64,000 nt of DNA from NCBI GenBank assembly GCA_034530875.2, contig JAVRCJ020000004.1:160001-224000 (forward strand), in the 5' to 3' direction. This DNA is from Nostoc sp. DedSLP01. GTDB lineage: Bacteria > Cyanobacteriota > Cyanobacteriia > Cyanobacteriales > Nostocaceae. Positions 43,340-55,065 of the stretch are shown one piece after another. Each line of letters starts with the position of its first letter. The first letter of the stretch is position 1. Under the pieces are notes generated by a model. The model was not told the origin of the DNA. It made no database searches and saw nothing but the letters and a program-made list of their open reading frames with translations. The position numbers were made by a program, and so were the translations under genes.

Positions 43340-43747
43340 TCAAATAATCGATAAACTAGTAAAAACCTGGAATAATGATCGGGTAACAACCAGAGTGAAA
43401 AACTCACAAGGTAAAAAAGTAAAAATTTTTATCTTCGAGAATTGTTATGAATCAAAAATTCAGGAGTCAGGAACAGCTAGTGCAGTCTTTGGGAGTCAGT
43501 AAGTTCAGGGTTTATGCCATACCAGCTAACTGGTGTGTCTCCCCAGTTGAAGCAACTGGCGTTTAGAATTCAAAATGAATTCTCTACCACTGGTGGATGT
43601 AGCTTGCTTCGAGCTAGGAGTATAAAAACGGTGAAATACAACACAAATCTATAGTCGTGGGTTCCAATCCCCCACTAATTGATTCCGAATTCTCAATTCT
43701 TCTGCATTTAAAATTATTTTGTTTTTAGCTTTTAGTGTTATGAATCC

Positions 43748-45331
43748 ATGCCATCCCTGAATTTGGCGATCGCCCGTCTCTTAAACACTGGCACTGACAA
43801 CTTCGCCATTTGGGTGGTCAAGGCTCCCTATCCCAGTGGCTATGTTTTACGTGACTGCGTGTGGCCTGTTGAACTCACTCAAGTGTGTCAAGAATGGAAG
43901 CAAATGTTTGGTGGCGATAGTCGTTTAAATCTCCCCCCAAACTCAACATCTCAAAATACAAAGCCATTGCCCCTTGAAGCTATTTCATCCCCTTCAGGTC
44001 AGACCACTGGGCCTTACAGCAGTCGTCTGATGCAATACTTGGGAATGAGTTTATGGCGTTGGGTATTTGATGGCCCGATTCTCGGTAGTCTAGAACGCAG
44101 CCGCGGGATTGCTATGGGTCAGCATACACGCTTGCGCTTTCGTCTGGAAATTCGCGACCCAGATCTGATCGATCTACCTTGGGAAATTATGCAGCGCGAA
44201 CCCGGTCAATCGGCGATGTCTCTTTCCCAAGATTTGCTATTTAGTCGTACTAGCAGCGAAGTTGACCCGTTACCGTATTTACGTACTGACCAAGCTTTAA
44301 GCATTCTATTGGTTTTGGGTCACGATGAAAACCTACAACTAGAACAAGAAGCGCTGATTTTACAAGAAACTTTTATAGATACGCCAGCGGATAACAATTC
44401 GCAAAAATATGCCCCTTGCATCGTGAAGAAACTCTTGCAACCAACTCCAGAGGAGTTGATTCAAGAATTAGAAACTAAAGCATACAATGTTTTCTTTTAT
44501 GCTGGACACGGTTTGCCAGACCCAGACGGTGGGTTATTGTTTTTGCGACCGGGTATGACGCTCAATGGTATAGAATTAGCCCAAGCATTGAACCGTACAG
44601 GTGTGAAGTTAGCAGTTTTCAACGCTTGTTGGGGAGCGCGATCGGCACGGAGTAACAATAATCAAGCCATACCTGCCAGCAGTTTGGCAGAAGTATTAAT
44701 TAGGCATGGCGTACCAGCAGTTTTAGGGATGCGCGATGAAATCGCCGACCACGAAAGCCACAGTTTTATTCAAGCCTTTGCTGAAGCTTTGCGACTGTAT
44801 AAACCAATTGATGAAGCTGTTACCCAAGCGAGAAAAGAACTGTTAACACTATACAGATTTAATCAACCTGTTTGGACTTTGCCTGTTCTTTACCTACATC
44901 CAGATTTTAATGGCGAACTGATCAAGAATCTTGATGAAGGAGTTACGGAATTACCAGATACAGCAATTCCTGATGTCAGTTCTGCCGTTCCTAGTGCTTG
45001 TTTGCGATCGCTCTCTTCAAAAGGTAAAACTTGGTTATTGCGTTATGGTGTCACTCGCATCGGTCGCACTAAAGAGAATGATATTGTCATTCCCGAACCG
45101 TCTGTTTCTAAACGCCACGCTGAAATCTTCTGCCGTAATACCTTGACTGATGCTACACTGGTGCGAACTTATTATTTACAAGATTTTTCTACCTACGGAA
45201 CAACCTGGTTTTTAGGGCCTAATGGTTGGCAACAAATCCTCCGCGAGGAAGTCCCCTTGAAATCAGGAATGCAGCTAAAGTTTGGAAGTATTAGAGGTGA
45301 GGTCTGGGAGTTTATTATTGAAGACTCCTAG
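43748..45331 (+). CDS. CHAT (caspase-like) domain plus FHA domain protein
   Basis: LPWE, FFYAGHG, VFNACWG dyad; C-term RIGR...VSKRHA...STYGT FHA. Confidence 0.9.
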   Translation: MPSLNLAIARLLNTGTDNFAIWVVKAPYPSGYVLRDCVWPVELTQVCQEWKQMFGGDSRLNLPPNSTSQNTKPLPLEAISSPSGQTTGPYSSRLMQYLGMSLWRWVFDGPILGSLERSRGIAMGQHTRLRFRLEIRDPDLIDLPWEIMQREPGQSAMSLSQDLLFSRTSSEVDPLPYLRTDQALSILLVLGHDENLQLEQEALILQETFIDTPADNNSQKYAPCIVKKLLQPTPEELIQELETKAYNVFFYAGHGLPDPDGGLLFLRPGMTLNGIELAQALNRTGVKLAVFNACWGARSARSNNNQAIPASSLAEVLIRHGVPAVLGMRDEIADHESHSFIQAFAEALRLYKPIDEAVTQARKELLTLYRFNQPVWTLPVLYLHPDFNGELIKNLDEGVTELPDTAIPDVSSAVPSACLRSLSSKGKTWLLRYGVTRIGRTKENDIVIPEPSVSKRHAEIFCRNTLTDATLVRTYYLQDFSTYGTTWFLGPNGWQQILREEVPLKSGMQLKFGSIRGEVWEFIIEDS

Positions 45332-45473
45332 AGAGCCTATTACATCAATAAATTTTGTTTAATCGTCAGCGTTTAAAATCTTTTTTTACTCTAGAGAAAA
45401 TCAACTTTTTTGCGGAAATCTCCTCTCGGCAATTGTAGCTGTCAATACCACTAAATAATCGTGAGGCAAAAAA

Positions 45474-46121
45474 ATGGCTAATAAAATTAACGGTTCAGAC
45501 ACTTTCTCTTCTTTAGAATCCCAAGTAGATTTAGAATTATTAGAAGCTTTACTAGAACCAGAGGATGCTACTTATCCTTGGGATCCCACGAATGAAGAAT
45601 CAGAAGCTTATTTTCAAGAATTAGAACAACAGTTTGGCATCTCAGATTTAATTGATGAAGATCTCACAAGGCGATCGCAAGATTTTTACAGCCATCTCGA
45701 CACGCTTTGGTCTGGCGTTTACCATAGCGAGACTCATTCTCAGAATCTTCAACAATCTCTAGTCCTGAATCTTCAAGAAATATTGCGCGATACTTTTTAT
45801 ACTTGCGTTCCCAAGGCATTGCTGAATGATATCGCTGCCAAAGCAGCTGAGATATTCTCTTCTCGTCAGTTAAGGGGCGAGCAACTCGTTGAGTGCGTTC
45901 AATCGGTACTACCAACTTGGGCAGCAGAGGATCTTTTAGTATTAGCTCGTCCTTATGCTTTTGCTATGCGAAGCAGCGAGTCGCATAATCCAACATCTGT
46001 GATGAGTAATTTGAATAATAGCGAGTGGACAAATTTATCTGAGATAGAGCAAGCAAAGATTAGCTTGGCGATCGCTTACTACGCTTTGACTCAACTCGAA
46101 AAATACAAATCTGAATCGTAA
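45474..46121 (+). CDS. Hypothetical protein, probably conserved in cyanobacteria
   Basis: 215-aa ORF with GAGG RBS; YPWDP and LARPYAFAMR motifs. Confidence 0.75.
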   Translation: MANKINGSDTFSSLESQVDLELLEALLEPEDATYPWDPTNEESEAYFQELEQQFGISDLIDEDLTRRSQDFYSHLDTLWSGVYHSETHSQNLQQSLVLNLQEILRDTFYTCVPKALLNDIAAKAAEIFSSRQLRGEQLVECVQSVLPTWAAEDLLVLARPYAFAMRSSESHNPTSVMSNLNNSEWTNLSEIEQAKISLAIAYYALTQLEKYKSES

Positions 46122-46374
46122 CTTCCTATTTCTACTTTTTTAGAATAATTATATTTTTCAGACAGGTAAGTTTATCTGCTAGTATTGTGTTGCTTTTGAA
46201 ACACCTACCAATTTTGAGTTTGTTAACTATAACAATACTGAAGTAGGATAAGAATAGGCTAATTTGAAAATTAGACCATCTATCCCAAGATATACATATT
46301 TAATAACGATTCAAAATTGGGAATTGGGCATTAGCGATTATTCTTATCGCTCGCTCCCTCATCCCCCGCATTTC

Positions 46375-47757
46375 TTATCTAGGGCCAAGAAATCGAGTAG
46401 CAAAATTTTGCGATCGCGTGGGTGAAAGTGCCCGTGCTTTAAGAATTGCTGCCATCAAAAAGGCATAAGATAACACTCCAACAACAACTAACAGCAGGGC
46501 ATTAATCGATCCGGTAGCATTCCAAAGAGCGTGCAGTGCAGAGGCACTCAGATAACCAATAGAAAGAATTTGCCAGCTTCTAGTGGGCTTGAGAACAGCC
46601 AAACCGATAAAATAGCCTAAATAGCCGCTGTAAGCCATGTGTCCTGCTACAGAGCCTAAAATTCGCGGAATTAACAGTTGTAATCCCGCCAGTTGACCGG
46701 CTGCACCGATACCCACTTGCTGCGTGACATTTTGGGTGATATCCGGCACATATTGACCGAGAGTTTCTAATAAAGTAAAGCCCACAGCAGAAGCCGTTCC
46801 CAAGAGGATACCATCTAGAGGTTCCCAAACGCCTATGCGTTCCCGCCAAGGTGAAGACAACATTCTGCCAATGGCAAAAGCTCCCAGTATGGGTAAAGCT
46901 TTAAGTAATTCTTCCATCAACCCAGCACCAAAAAACATCCGCACCAGTAACTCTGTGAAGGTAGTGGAGTCTTGGGGCGAGGGTAAGTTTCCGGGTAATA
47001 AACCCCGAAATACAAAGATAAAGAAATCTAACAGCGGACTCAGCAATATCAGCATCGTACCCATTGCTGTAGCCATTAGCACCCACCAGGGCTTTTGTTT
47101 GCCGCAAAGTTGATACACAAAATAATAGGCAGCGAAAGCGATGTAACAAGCGACAATCACTTGATTAGCCTGTGGACGACCGACTGTAGCAAACATCAGC
47201 ACTACGAAAATTACAGTCAGTATTCCCGGTACGAGGTAAGCTTTGCGAGTTAAATCTTTACCAGTGGAAATAATCGGAAAAAGCTGAGTGAAGCTAACAG
47301 AATCAGGCTGTTTTAATTGGGTGTGGTTGTGGTAATTCGTTGCCGACGGTAGCGGTTTTAGCTGGTTAACAGTCGTTACTGGGGCTTGGGTGGTCAACTC
47401 ATACTCAAAAACGTATTGCGGTCCGTCAGAACCTAAAGAAATGCGATCGCCTGGGTGCAATTCTTGACATTCATACAAACGTTGTCCATTTAAATAAGTG
47501 CCATTAGCGCTATTAAGATCGCAAAGCACCCAGCTAAATTTGCTATCTGGAGATAAAGACAGGGGACGAACCACCGCATGACGACGAGATACCATTCGGT
47601 ACATCATGGCATCCAAGACAAGTTGGCAGCTGGGGTCGCGTCCAATTACTATCTCTTTACTGGGGGACAGCGAGAAGCGAGATTCCGCTTCTACACTTGC
47701 TCCGTTACCAGACACTAGCCGCAGAAATGCATTATGTCTTGCGTTTTTGCCTGTCAT
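46375..47757 (-). CDS. FHA domain plus PrsW-family intramembrane protease
   Basis: IGRDP..VSRRHA..SANGT; MEELLK, GFTLLET, GHMAYS, LHALWN. Confidence 0.92.
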   Translation of the reverse strand: MTGKNARHNAFLRLVSGNGASVEAESRFSLSPSKEIVIGRDPSCQLVLDAMMYRMVSRRHAVVRPLSLSPDSKFSWVLCDLNSANGTYLNGQRLYECQELHPGDRISLGSDGPQYVFEYELTTQAPVTTVNQLKPLPSATNYHNHTQLKQPDSVSFTQLFPIISTGKDLTRKAYLVPGILTVIFVVLMFATVGRPQANQVIVACYIAFAAYYFVYQLCGKQKPWWVLMATAMGTMLILLSPLLDFFIFVFRGLLPGNLPSPQDSTTFTELLVRMFFGAGLMEELLKALPILGAFAIGRMLSSPWRERIGVWEPLDGILLGTASAVGFTLLETLGQYVPDITQNVTQQVGIGAAGQLAGLQLLIPRILGSVAGHMAYSGYLGYFIGLAVLKPTRSWQILSIGYLSASALHALWNATGSINALLLVVVGVLSYAFLMAAILKARALSPTRSQNFATRFLGPR

Positions 47758-48235
47758 TGATAAGAAGTGCGTTTCTAAACTAATTCTTAAAATAATTTGG
47801 TAGCCGGACTAACCTTAGCCACATCAACAGCAGCATTGCTAAATCCACTATAGCTTCACTGACTGGGAATAAATTTAAATTTCTTGATGCAAAATTTCAA
47901 ATTTTTTCACTCATCTAAATGTTAATAAGTATTTCATCCGTTGTCGCTTTCTCGAAACTTGGTTGTTAAGCACATCAATTCAGGTTTTATCGGTTATCTA
48001 CTTTTGACATCCTAGCTGTAAATTACATCTACGGCAATGTATTAAAAAAGTAGTTTTTATTGCATTTAGTTTGATTAACAAAATATATAATTGTCATCGG
48101 TTTATTATGAGTTATTTTTATTACTAGTATTGCTGTGTAGAAGCCAAAACAATCGTATTCTCAGCTTTTGCACCATTTTCAATAGTCTCTTTATTTCTCC
48201 AGTACTGTACTAGTAATTGACCAATACACTGCCTT

Positions 48236-48420
48236 GAAAATAGGGAGTAGGGAATGGGGAGTGGAGAATAGGGAAAAGAAATTTTCATTGTTCCTTGTGA
48301 GCGCAACTCATGGAGTAAGAGTGCAAAACTCTTTTTGTAAGAGGGGGCAAAGGGATGTATGTAAAAGGGAAAGGGTTTTTTCTTATCCCTTTCCCCTTTC
48401 CCCCTTACCCTTTTCCCGAC
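48236..48420. repeat. STRR-type repeats
   Basis: gggagta/gggaatg units and an aaagggg/cccctt inverted cluster. Confidence 0.6.
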
Positions 48421-48639
48421 TTCTGCAAGAAGTCTAATCTGTTTTGGGGTTGGAAAGTAGGGATTAAGGAATAGTGAAAGAAGCTGCCCCAAAGATTGAA
48501 TTAAGAGATTTTTGGCATCGGACTTTGATGGGATTGCATCAAAAAAACTCAGTAAATTTCTATCCGTTGTTGTCTATTCCCTGTTCCCTACTTACACGAG
48601 TAAGTTAGCCAAATCAAAACGGACTGTTAGATATTCTAT

Positions 48640-49242
48640 TTAAACAACTTTAGCTAGTTCTGGGTGTTCAATCTTAGTTCCAAGTACTTTGAGAAATTCT
48701 GCCAGCCAACGGGGATGAGCAGGCCAAGCTGGTGCTGTTACTAAATTACCGTCAACTATAGCCTCATCAACAGGGATATCGATATAAATACCTCCAGCAC
48801 TACTGATATCTGGGCCACAAGCAGGATAGCCAGTGCATCTTTTGCCTTGTAACACATTAGCAGCTGCCAATAACTGCAAGCCGTGACAGACAGCAGCGAT
48901 TGGTTTATTTGCTTGGGCAAAGTGACGGGTAATTTCTAGTACCTGTTGATTCAAACGAATATATTCTGGTGCCCGTCCTCCAGGAATTACTAGGGCATCG
49001 TAAGTTTCGGCTTTGATTTCTGCAAAGGTAGCATTTAAAGTGAAATTGTGACCTGGTTTTTCGCTATAGGTTTGGTCTCCTTCAAAGTCATGAACTGCTG
49101 TTCGCACCTTGTCGCCAGCTTTTTTATTGGGGCAAACTGCATGGACAGTGTGTCCCACCATTTGCAACGCCTGGAAAGGAACCATAACCTCATAGTCTTC
49201 TACATAGTCCCCAACCAGCATTAAAAGTTTCTTTGCAGCCAT
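48640..49242 (-). CDS. DJ-1/PfpI family protein
   Basis: [22 protein letters not shown]. Confidence 0.93.
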   Translation of the reverse strand: MAAKKLLMLVGDYVEDYEVMVPFQALQMVGHTVHAVCPNKKAGDKVRTAVHDFEGDQTYSEKPGHNFTLNATFAEIKAETYDALVIPGGRAPEYIRLNQQVLEITRHFAQANKPIAAVCHGLQLLAAANVLQGKRCTGYPACGPDISSAGGIYIDIPVDEAIVDGNLVTAPAWPAHPRWLAEFLKVLGTKIEHPELAKVV

Positions 49243-49531
49243 ATTTTTGCTACCCTCAGTTATTGTTTATTTGCTATTGGGCATTTGCAAAGGACAAATG
49301 ACAGTCTTAAAGTCTAAATGTCCAATTTAGACGCACATCAGCTAGTACGCTTATACGCAAATTTACCGATATTACAGCATTAATTATGCTGTAATGCACC
49401 ATCTCGAGGCTGCGAGTTAACAAAGTTTAACGCATCCTTAGATGTTATTTGCTAGTTAAGAAAAAGCAATAGAAACCATTGCCTAGTGTCTATTACTAGC
49501 CTCAACTATAATAATTAGCAATTGAGCTTAA

Positions 49532-49984
49532 TTAAAATAAATCAAATTCTGCGATCGCTTTGGGAAAGTTTTTGTTTTCATGCCCTGGGCGACTGAGTTT
49601 AATCAAGGCAAAACGCTGTAACGGTCTTAAAGCTGCCCATTTTTGTTGGGTCAGAACCACTCCGATTTCTTGCGCTTTTTCCTGGACAGTAGGCGGTATG
49701 GTATCAGAGTCAAGCCATGCCGGATGGGGTTCTATAGGCAATTTGCCAGCTGCTGTGCCCGTGCGTTGTAAAATCAACTCTTGGATATATTCGCGGTAAG
49801 ACTGAATTTCGGTTTCTGTAGTGCATGGTAATTCGACTAAAGCTTGACGCTCTGCTGTGGTCATTTGATTCCAATCAGACAATTTTAGCTTAATACCACA
49901 GGTATCTAATTTGCAACGCACCTGCATAGGAATGCAACGCAGGGAATCAACAAAATCTGCTTCAAATTCAAAAAATTCTGCCAT
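49532..49984 (-). CDS. narM: Nitrate reductase-associated protein NarM
   Basis: FEFEADFVDSLRCIPMQVR, LQRFALIKLSRPGHENKN; downstream of narB. Confidence 0.88.
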   Translation of the reverse strand: MAEFFEFEADFVDSLRCIPMQVRCKLDTCGIKLKLSDWNQMTTAERQALVELPCTTETEIQSYREYIQELILQRTGTAAGKLPIEPHPAWLDSDTIPPTVQEKAQEIGVVLTQQKWAALRPLQRFALIKLSRPGHENKNFPKAIAEFDLF

Positions 49985-50323
49985 AATAAAGTATTCAAAA
50001 TTAGCTGATGAGAATGTTGGTTGAGTAACGTAAAATTTCTGAATCGGGGTGACAAATACTGAGTATAAAATCCAGTAAATTTAATATAAATTAACTACAC
50101 AATGGTAAACAAGATGTCCACTCTACAAGATTTTTCATATTAAGATGCGTACTTTATTCCTGAGAAAGTTCTATTTTTTTAATATTCTCTAGGCTGCAAT
50201 GTTACTCAGGAAATAATTTTGAACTTATAATTGTTTTTGGGAAAAGATTAAAGGTTTTTCTTCGCCTTTTACCCCGAACATATTAGTATTGCCAAAATTT
50301 GTTATATCTGTTGTTTAAAGTTT

Positions 50324-50782
50324 TTACTTGTAAGTACTAAAACGAATTATTAAATAACTAACTGACAAAGCAAGAATAGCAGTACCTAGACCCATTATAT
50401 CAATACCTTCAACTTTTTCTAAATCAAGGATAATAATTTTTCTAGCGACAGCAATTAAAGATGTAGCAATAACTAATTCCACCTGAAAAACATGTTTTTG
50501 CAAATAGGCTGTGATGTTTTCTAGGATTTCTAAAGCAATTAAAATATTCAAAAATAAACCGAAAATTTGATATAGTGTTGTGCTAAACTTCCCGTAAGGA
50601 TCTGTAAATAATTCTTTGAAAATAAAGACTGATAAATCGGCGATCGCTACTAAAATTATAACTACCATAAAAAGAGATAAAATTTTAGAAACCAGCACTT
50701 CTACATTTTCAATCGCGTGCATGAAGTTTTGGTCTTTGGCAGTTCCTAAAATTACCTTCAGTAGCCTTTTCATATCCTGCAC
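50324..50782 (-). CDS. PsiE-family membrane protein
   Basis: LIALEILENITAYL, SLIAVARKIIILD. Confidence 0.85.
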   Translation of the reverse strand: MQDMKRLLKVILGTAKDQNFMHAIENVEVLVSKILSLFMVVIILVAIADLSVFIFKELFTDPYGKFSTTLYQIFGLFLNILIALEILENITAYLQKHVFQVELVIATSLIAVARKIIILDLEKVEGIDIMGLGTAILALSVSYLIIRFSTYK

Positions 50783-51026
50783 CCAAGTATAAAATAAAAT
50801 CCCATAGAGAAATCTAGAGGATTAACGATCGTTACTTAATCGATGCTTTGTAAGTTGTTTATTTCCTAAATTGAAATCAAGGCTTTTAAAGTTTTTTGTT
50901 CGTCCAAATTTTATCTCTTTAAAGATAGTAGTTGGAAACAGCCAAGAAGAGAGAAACAGAAAAATTAATAATAACTATTGACTATTGCTGATTACCAATT
51001 TTTGGTTGAGAGTTATAGTTAGCAGC

Positions 51027-53264
51027 TTACCTTTGTGAGGATTGGAGTTGATAATTTTTGACTGTAGGTTCCAGAAAAATGGGTATCAATTGTACTGCAC
51101 AGGCTTTTAATTCTGGTTGCAGGGAATCGGGGCAAGATTCGGGATGGGTGAGGGCGTTAGCTTCGGCATTATCTGCCCAGAGCGAACCCCAGTGCATGGG
51201 GACAAAAACTGTACCGGGTGCGATCGCTTTTGTTACTTTAGCAGGAAATTTAGCTTGGCCGCGAAGCGATCGCACTTCTACATACTGATTATCTACAATA
51301 CCCAACCGAGCAGCATCGCGGGGATGAATTTCGATAAAAGGTTCGGGATGCATTTTGCAAATTTTTTCAATTCGCCCGGTGCGCGTCTGGGTGTGCCAAT
51401 GGCCGTAAAGTCTTCCAGTAGTTAACACAAAGGGATAATCAGGGTTTGGTGGTTCTGCCAAACCTTTGGAGTAATACGCGCCAAATCGAGCGCGTCCGTC
51501 AGGAGTGTGGAAGCGTAAATCGGTGTAAAGGCGTTTGGAGGGAGTAGGGAGTAGAGAGTGGGGAGTAGGGGAAGAATCCCCATTCACTATTCCCCATTCC
51601 CCACTCCCCTGTTTTGGATGAGGCCATTGAGTCGGGCCTTGTGCTTTTAATTGGGCGTGAGAGATACCCGTCATGTTGCAGGGGCGATTTTTAGTTAGTT
51701 GGGCGAACTCGGCGTAAACTTCAGCGGAGTTAGCAAAGGCAAACTCTTTGGTAAAACCGAGACGGCGACCGACTTCGGCGAAGATTTCCCAATCTGGTTT
51801 CGCTTCTCTTGGCGGTTGGCGGAAGGCTTGACATAGAGTTACCATGCGTTCCGAGTTGGTCATAACGCCAGTTTTTTCACCCCATTGGGCTGCTGGCAGG
51901 AGAACGTGAGCGTAGGCAGAAGTTTCTGTGGGATAATAAGCGTCTTGGTAGATGGTAAAAGGCGATCGCAACAACGCTTTTTTTGTCCGTTCTAAATCTG
52001 GCATACTCACAGCCGGATTAGTAGCAGCAATCCAAAGTACCCCTACAGCATTATTTTCTAGCCCAGTAATCATGTCCCAAGCAGTCAAACCGGGATGGGG
52101 CGAAATTTGTTCTGGCTTAAGTCCCCAAAACTCCTCAACTTCTGCACGATGCTGGGGATTTTTTACTAGCCGATAACCCGGTAATAAATGCGCCAAACCC
52201 CCGGCTTCCCTTCCCCCCATTGCATTTGGCTGACCGGTGAGGGAAAAAGGGCCGGCTCCGGGTTTACCAATTTGTCCGGTCATTAGGTGTAGGTTGATGA
52301 TGGTTCTCACCTTAGCCGTTCCTTCTGAGGATTGGTTGACACCCATCGACCACAACGACAATACCCGCTTTGATTGACCCCAATATCGAGCTGCTGTTTC
52401 TAAATCATCAATACTGATACCACATTGACGAGCTACGACTTCTGGTGGGTAGTGGCGAATTACCTCAGCATAAGCAGGAAAATTACTGGTACAGTCATCT
52501 ACGAACATCGTATTAACGTAGTTCCAGCGCATCAATAAATGGGCGATACCGTTTAACAAGTCGATATCTGTACCCGGACGAATCGCTAAATGTAAATCTG
52601 CGGCTTCTGCGGTTGGCGTGCGCCGGGGATCGACCACAACCATTTTGACTTTGCGATTCTTTTTGTGATACTTTGCCAGTTTGTTGAAGGCGATCGGATG
52701 ACATTCAGCGGCATTGGTACCAATTAAAAATGCACAGTCGGTTAGCTCCAAGTCTTCGTAACAGCAAGGAGGGCCGTCTGAGCCAAAGCTTTGAATGTAC
52801 CCAGCCACAGCACTAGACATACATAAACGGGAGTTGGCATCAAAATTATTAGTACCCAAACACCCTTTCATGAATTTCTGGGCTATGTAATAATCTTCGG
52901 TTTGAAACTGACCAGAACCATACATACATATAGCTTCTGGCCCTTGGGTGAAACGCACGGTTTGAATGCGCTTGACGATGAGATCGAAAGCTTCATCCCA
53001 ACTAACACGACGAAACTCTTGGTCTAAAGAGTCTCGCACCATTGGGTAATGTAATCTATTTTTATCTAAAGATTCGGCGATGGTTGCACCTTTGACGCAA
53101 ACCATACCCTGACTGGATGGATGAGCTTTATCACCTCGCACCCGCCAAATTGGATTTCCTTGGTTATCTCGATTGGTTGCTTTGCCAAGTTCTGCTGGAG
53201 GGGAAACTTCTAATCCGCAACCGACACCACAGTAAGGACAGAGGGTTTTGGTAAATTCAGTCAT
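51027..53264 (-). CDS. narB: Ferredoxin-nitrate reductase
   Basis: CPYCGVGCG...[46 protein letters not shown]. Confidence 0.96.
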   Translation of the reverse strand: MTEFTKTLCPYCGVGCGLEVSPPAELGKATNRDNQGNPIWRVRGDKAHPSSQGMVCVKGATIAESLDKNRLHYPMVRDSLDQEFRRVSWDEAFDLIVKRIQTVRFTQGPEAICMYGSGQFQTEDYYIAQKFMKGCLGTNNFDANSRLCMSSAVAGYIQSFGSDGPPCCYEDLELTDCAFLIGTNAAECHPIAFNKLAKYHKKNRKVKMVVVDPRRTPTAEAADLHLAIRPGTDIDLLNGIAHLLMRWNYVNTMFVDDCTSNFPAYAEVIRHYPPEVVARQCGISIDDLETAARYWGQSKRVLSLWSMGVNQSSEGTAKVRTIINLHLMTGQIGKPGAGPFSLTGQPNAMGGREAGGLAHLLPGYRLVKNPQHRAEVEEFWGLKPEQISPHPGLTAWDMITGLENNAVGVLWIAATNPAVSMPDLERTKKALLRSPFTIYQDAYYPTETSAYAHVLLPAAQWGEKTGVMTNSERMVTLCQAFRQPPREAKPDWEIFAEVGRRLGFTKEFAFANSAEVYAEFAQLTKNRPCNMTGISHAQLKAQGPTQWPHPKQGSGEWGIVNGDSSPTPHSLLPTPSKRLYTDLRFHTPDGRARFGAYYSKGLAEPPNPDYPFVLTTGRLYGHWHTQTRTGRIEKICKMHPEPFIEIHPRDAARLGIVDNQYVEVRSLRGQAKFPAKVTKAIAPGTVFVPMHWGSLWADNAEANALTHPESCPDSLQPELKACAVQLIPIFLEPTVKNYQLQSSQR

Positions 53265-53285
53265 GGTAGTTGTATGGGAATAAGT

Positions 53286-53374
53286 TCACGCAGAGGAGCC
53301 ACTGCGCCCTTGCGGTTCCCCGACTTGTACCGCTAACGCGGAACCCGAAGGGTAGCAAGTGGCGTCACGCAGAG
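53286..53374. mobile_element. Small dispersed repeat with nested insert, flanked by a 10-nt duplication
   Basis: TCACGCAGAG on both sides; core related to 24792-24836 with an extra 25 nt at 53330-53354. Confidence 0.65.
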
Positions 53375-53487
53375 TCGCAGAGAAGAGATAAAGAGAGTTT
53401 TATTCTTACTCTCTGTGTCTCTGTCTTGAAAAGTTCAGATCGCCGGAAACCGGCGCTCCGACTTTTCGCTGCGACTCTGCGTGATAT

Positions 53488-54981
53488 TTATTCTTCAGTT
53501 AAGAAGACAGTAGCGGGGGTTTGTGATATTTCAGTGTCATCAGTAGCAAAGGAATTCTTCGGTTCTTTGAGGAAGAAGGCACACATAAAAGCACAAATTA
53601 TCGCAGCTAAACCCATTGTGCTAAATAATGTGGGAGCGTCAGTTAAGCTAAAAATTGTCAGGTAAACTACACCGCCAAAATTACCGTAAGCTCCGACGTT
53701 ACCGGCAATTTGTCCGGTGGCTTCTTTTTTAATTAAGGGTACGATGCTGTAGGTTGCACCGCAGCCAGCTTGGGCAAAGTAAGCGGCAAACATTGTAGCT
53801 GCGATCGCCAATGGAATCGGCCAGTTACTATTAATAAAATGTGCCATCAAGTAGCCAACACCAATACCTGCACTGATAATTGTCATTGTCCACTTACGCG
53901 AACCGAATTTATCAGAAATTAAGCCACCGCTAGGACGAGAAACTAAATTCAGAAACGGATAAGTAGCGGCAATCATCCCAGCAACAACGTGTTCTAGACC
54001 AAAGGTTTTCTCAAAAAATGCTGGCAACATCGAAACCGCAGCAAGTTCTGAACCAAAGTTAGTTACGTAAGTAAATTCGAGTAATGCTATTTGACCAAAA
54101 TGAAAACGTTCGGCTGGTGCGTAAGTTTTCTTACCAATTAAAAGTTCGCGGTTGACTTGCCAAGCTTTGTAACTTTGATAAATAAATAATCCTGCTAATA
54201 ATAACCAAGCCAGATACATTTGGCTCAAAGTTAAAAAGTGAATGTTCTTTTGTTCTAAGCGCCAAGCTAATAAACCGAGAGCGAAAACTAAACCAAAATT
54301 GGAGACAATCATCGCCCAGAAGCTTTTAATACTGGTTACTTCTAAAGCACCATTTTTCTTAGGTTTTTTGTAGATTTTACCAGTGGGCGTATCTTGGACG
54401 CTGTTGTAATAGATTACGCCGTAGATAGCTGCAACAATTCCTGTAAAAGCGATCGCAAATCGCCAATTAGAAGCGCCACCAGCCAAAAAGCTTGTAGAAA
54501 CTGCAATTATCGGTAAGGCAAACTCAGCACCAAAAGCCCCAAAGTTACCCCAACCACCATAAATACCTTGGGCAATTCCCATCTCCTTGGCCTGGAACCA
54601 TTCCGCCACCATCCGAATACCGACGACAAATCCAGAACCAACAATTCCCATCAACAAACGACTGATGACTAATTGATTGAAATCTTGCGCGAACGCTGTC
54701 GCCAAACAAGGAACAGCCGCAAATACTAGCAGCATTGAATAGGTAATTCTAGGGCCAAAACGATCCAAAAGCATCCCGATAATTAACCGTGCCGGAATTG
54801 TCAAAGCTAGGTTACAGATGCCTAAAGTTTTGACTTGTTCGGGTGCTAAATCTAATTGTTTGCCAATAGTTGTAGCGAAGGGAGCAAAGTTAAACCAACA
54901 GACAAAGGTGAGAAAAAAAGCAAACCAAGTCTGATGTAAGATGCGATAGCGATCGCTGAATGAAAATAGATTTTTAAGCAT
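53488..54981 (-). CDS. nrtP: NarK/NRT2-family nitrate/nitrite MFS transporter
   Basis: TWFAFFLTFVCWFNFAP, DRFGPR, GGWGNFG, GAYGNFG; likely start MLKNLF. Confidence 0.92.
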   Translation of the reverse strand: MLKNLFSFSDRYRILHQTWFAFFLTFVCWFNFAPFATTIGKQLDLAPEQVKTLGICNLALTIPARLIIGMLLDRFGPRITYSMLLVFAAVPCLATAFAQDFNQLVISRLLMGIVGSGFVVGIRMVAEWFQAKEMGIAQGIYGGWGNFGAFGAEFALPIIAVSTSFLAGGASNWRFAIAFTGIVAAIYGVIYYNSVQDTPTGKIYKKPKKNGALEVTSIKSFWAMIVSNFGLVFALGLLAWRLEQKNIHFLTLSQMYLAWLLLAGLFIYQSYKAWQVNRELLIGKKTYAPAERFHFGQIALLEFTYVTNFGSELAAVSMLPAFFEKTFGLEHVVAGMIAATYPFLNLVSRPSGGLISDKFGSRKWTMTIISAGIGVGYLMAHFINSNWPIPLAIAATMFAAYFAQAGCGATYSIVPLIKKEATGQIAGNVGAYGNFGGVVYLTIFSLTDAPTLFSTMGLAAIICAFMCAFFLKEPKNSFATDDTEISQTPATVFLTEE

Positions 54982-55065
54982 TCTAATTCTTGAAGAGGTA
55001 GGAAGGTAGAGAAAGAGTAGAGAGTGGGGAGAGAATAATAAATCCTCAGTCAACAGTCACTACTC

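Noticed and set aside
48124..48492. 122-aa and 67-aa ORFs
   Set aside because: Largely composed of repeat-derived sequence; no recognisable motifs
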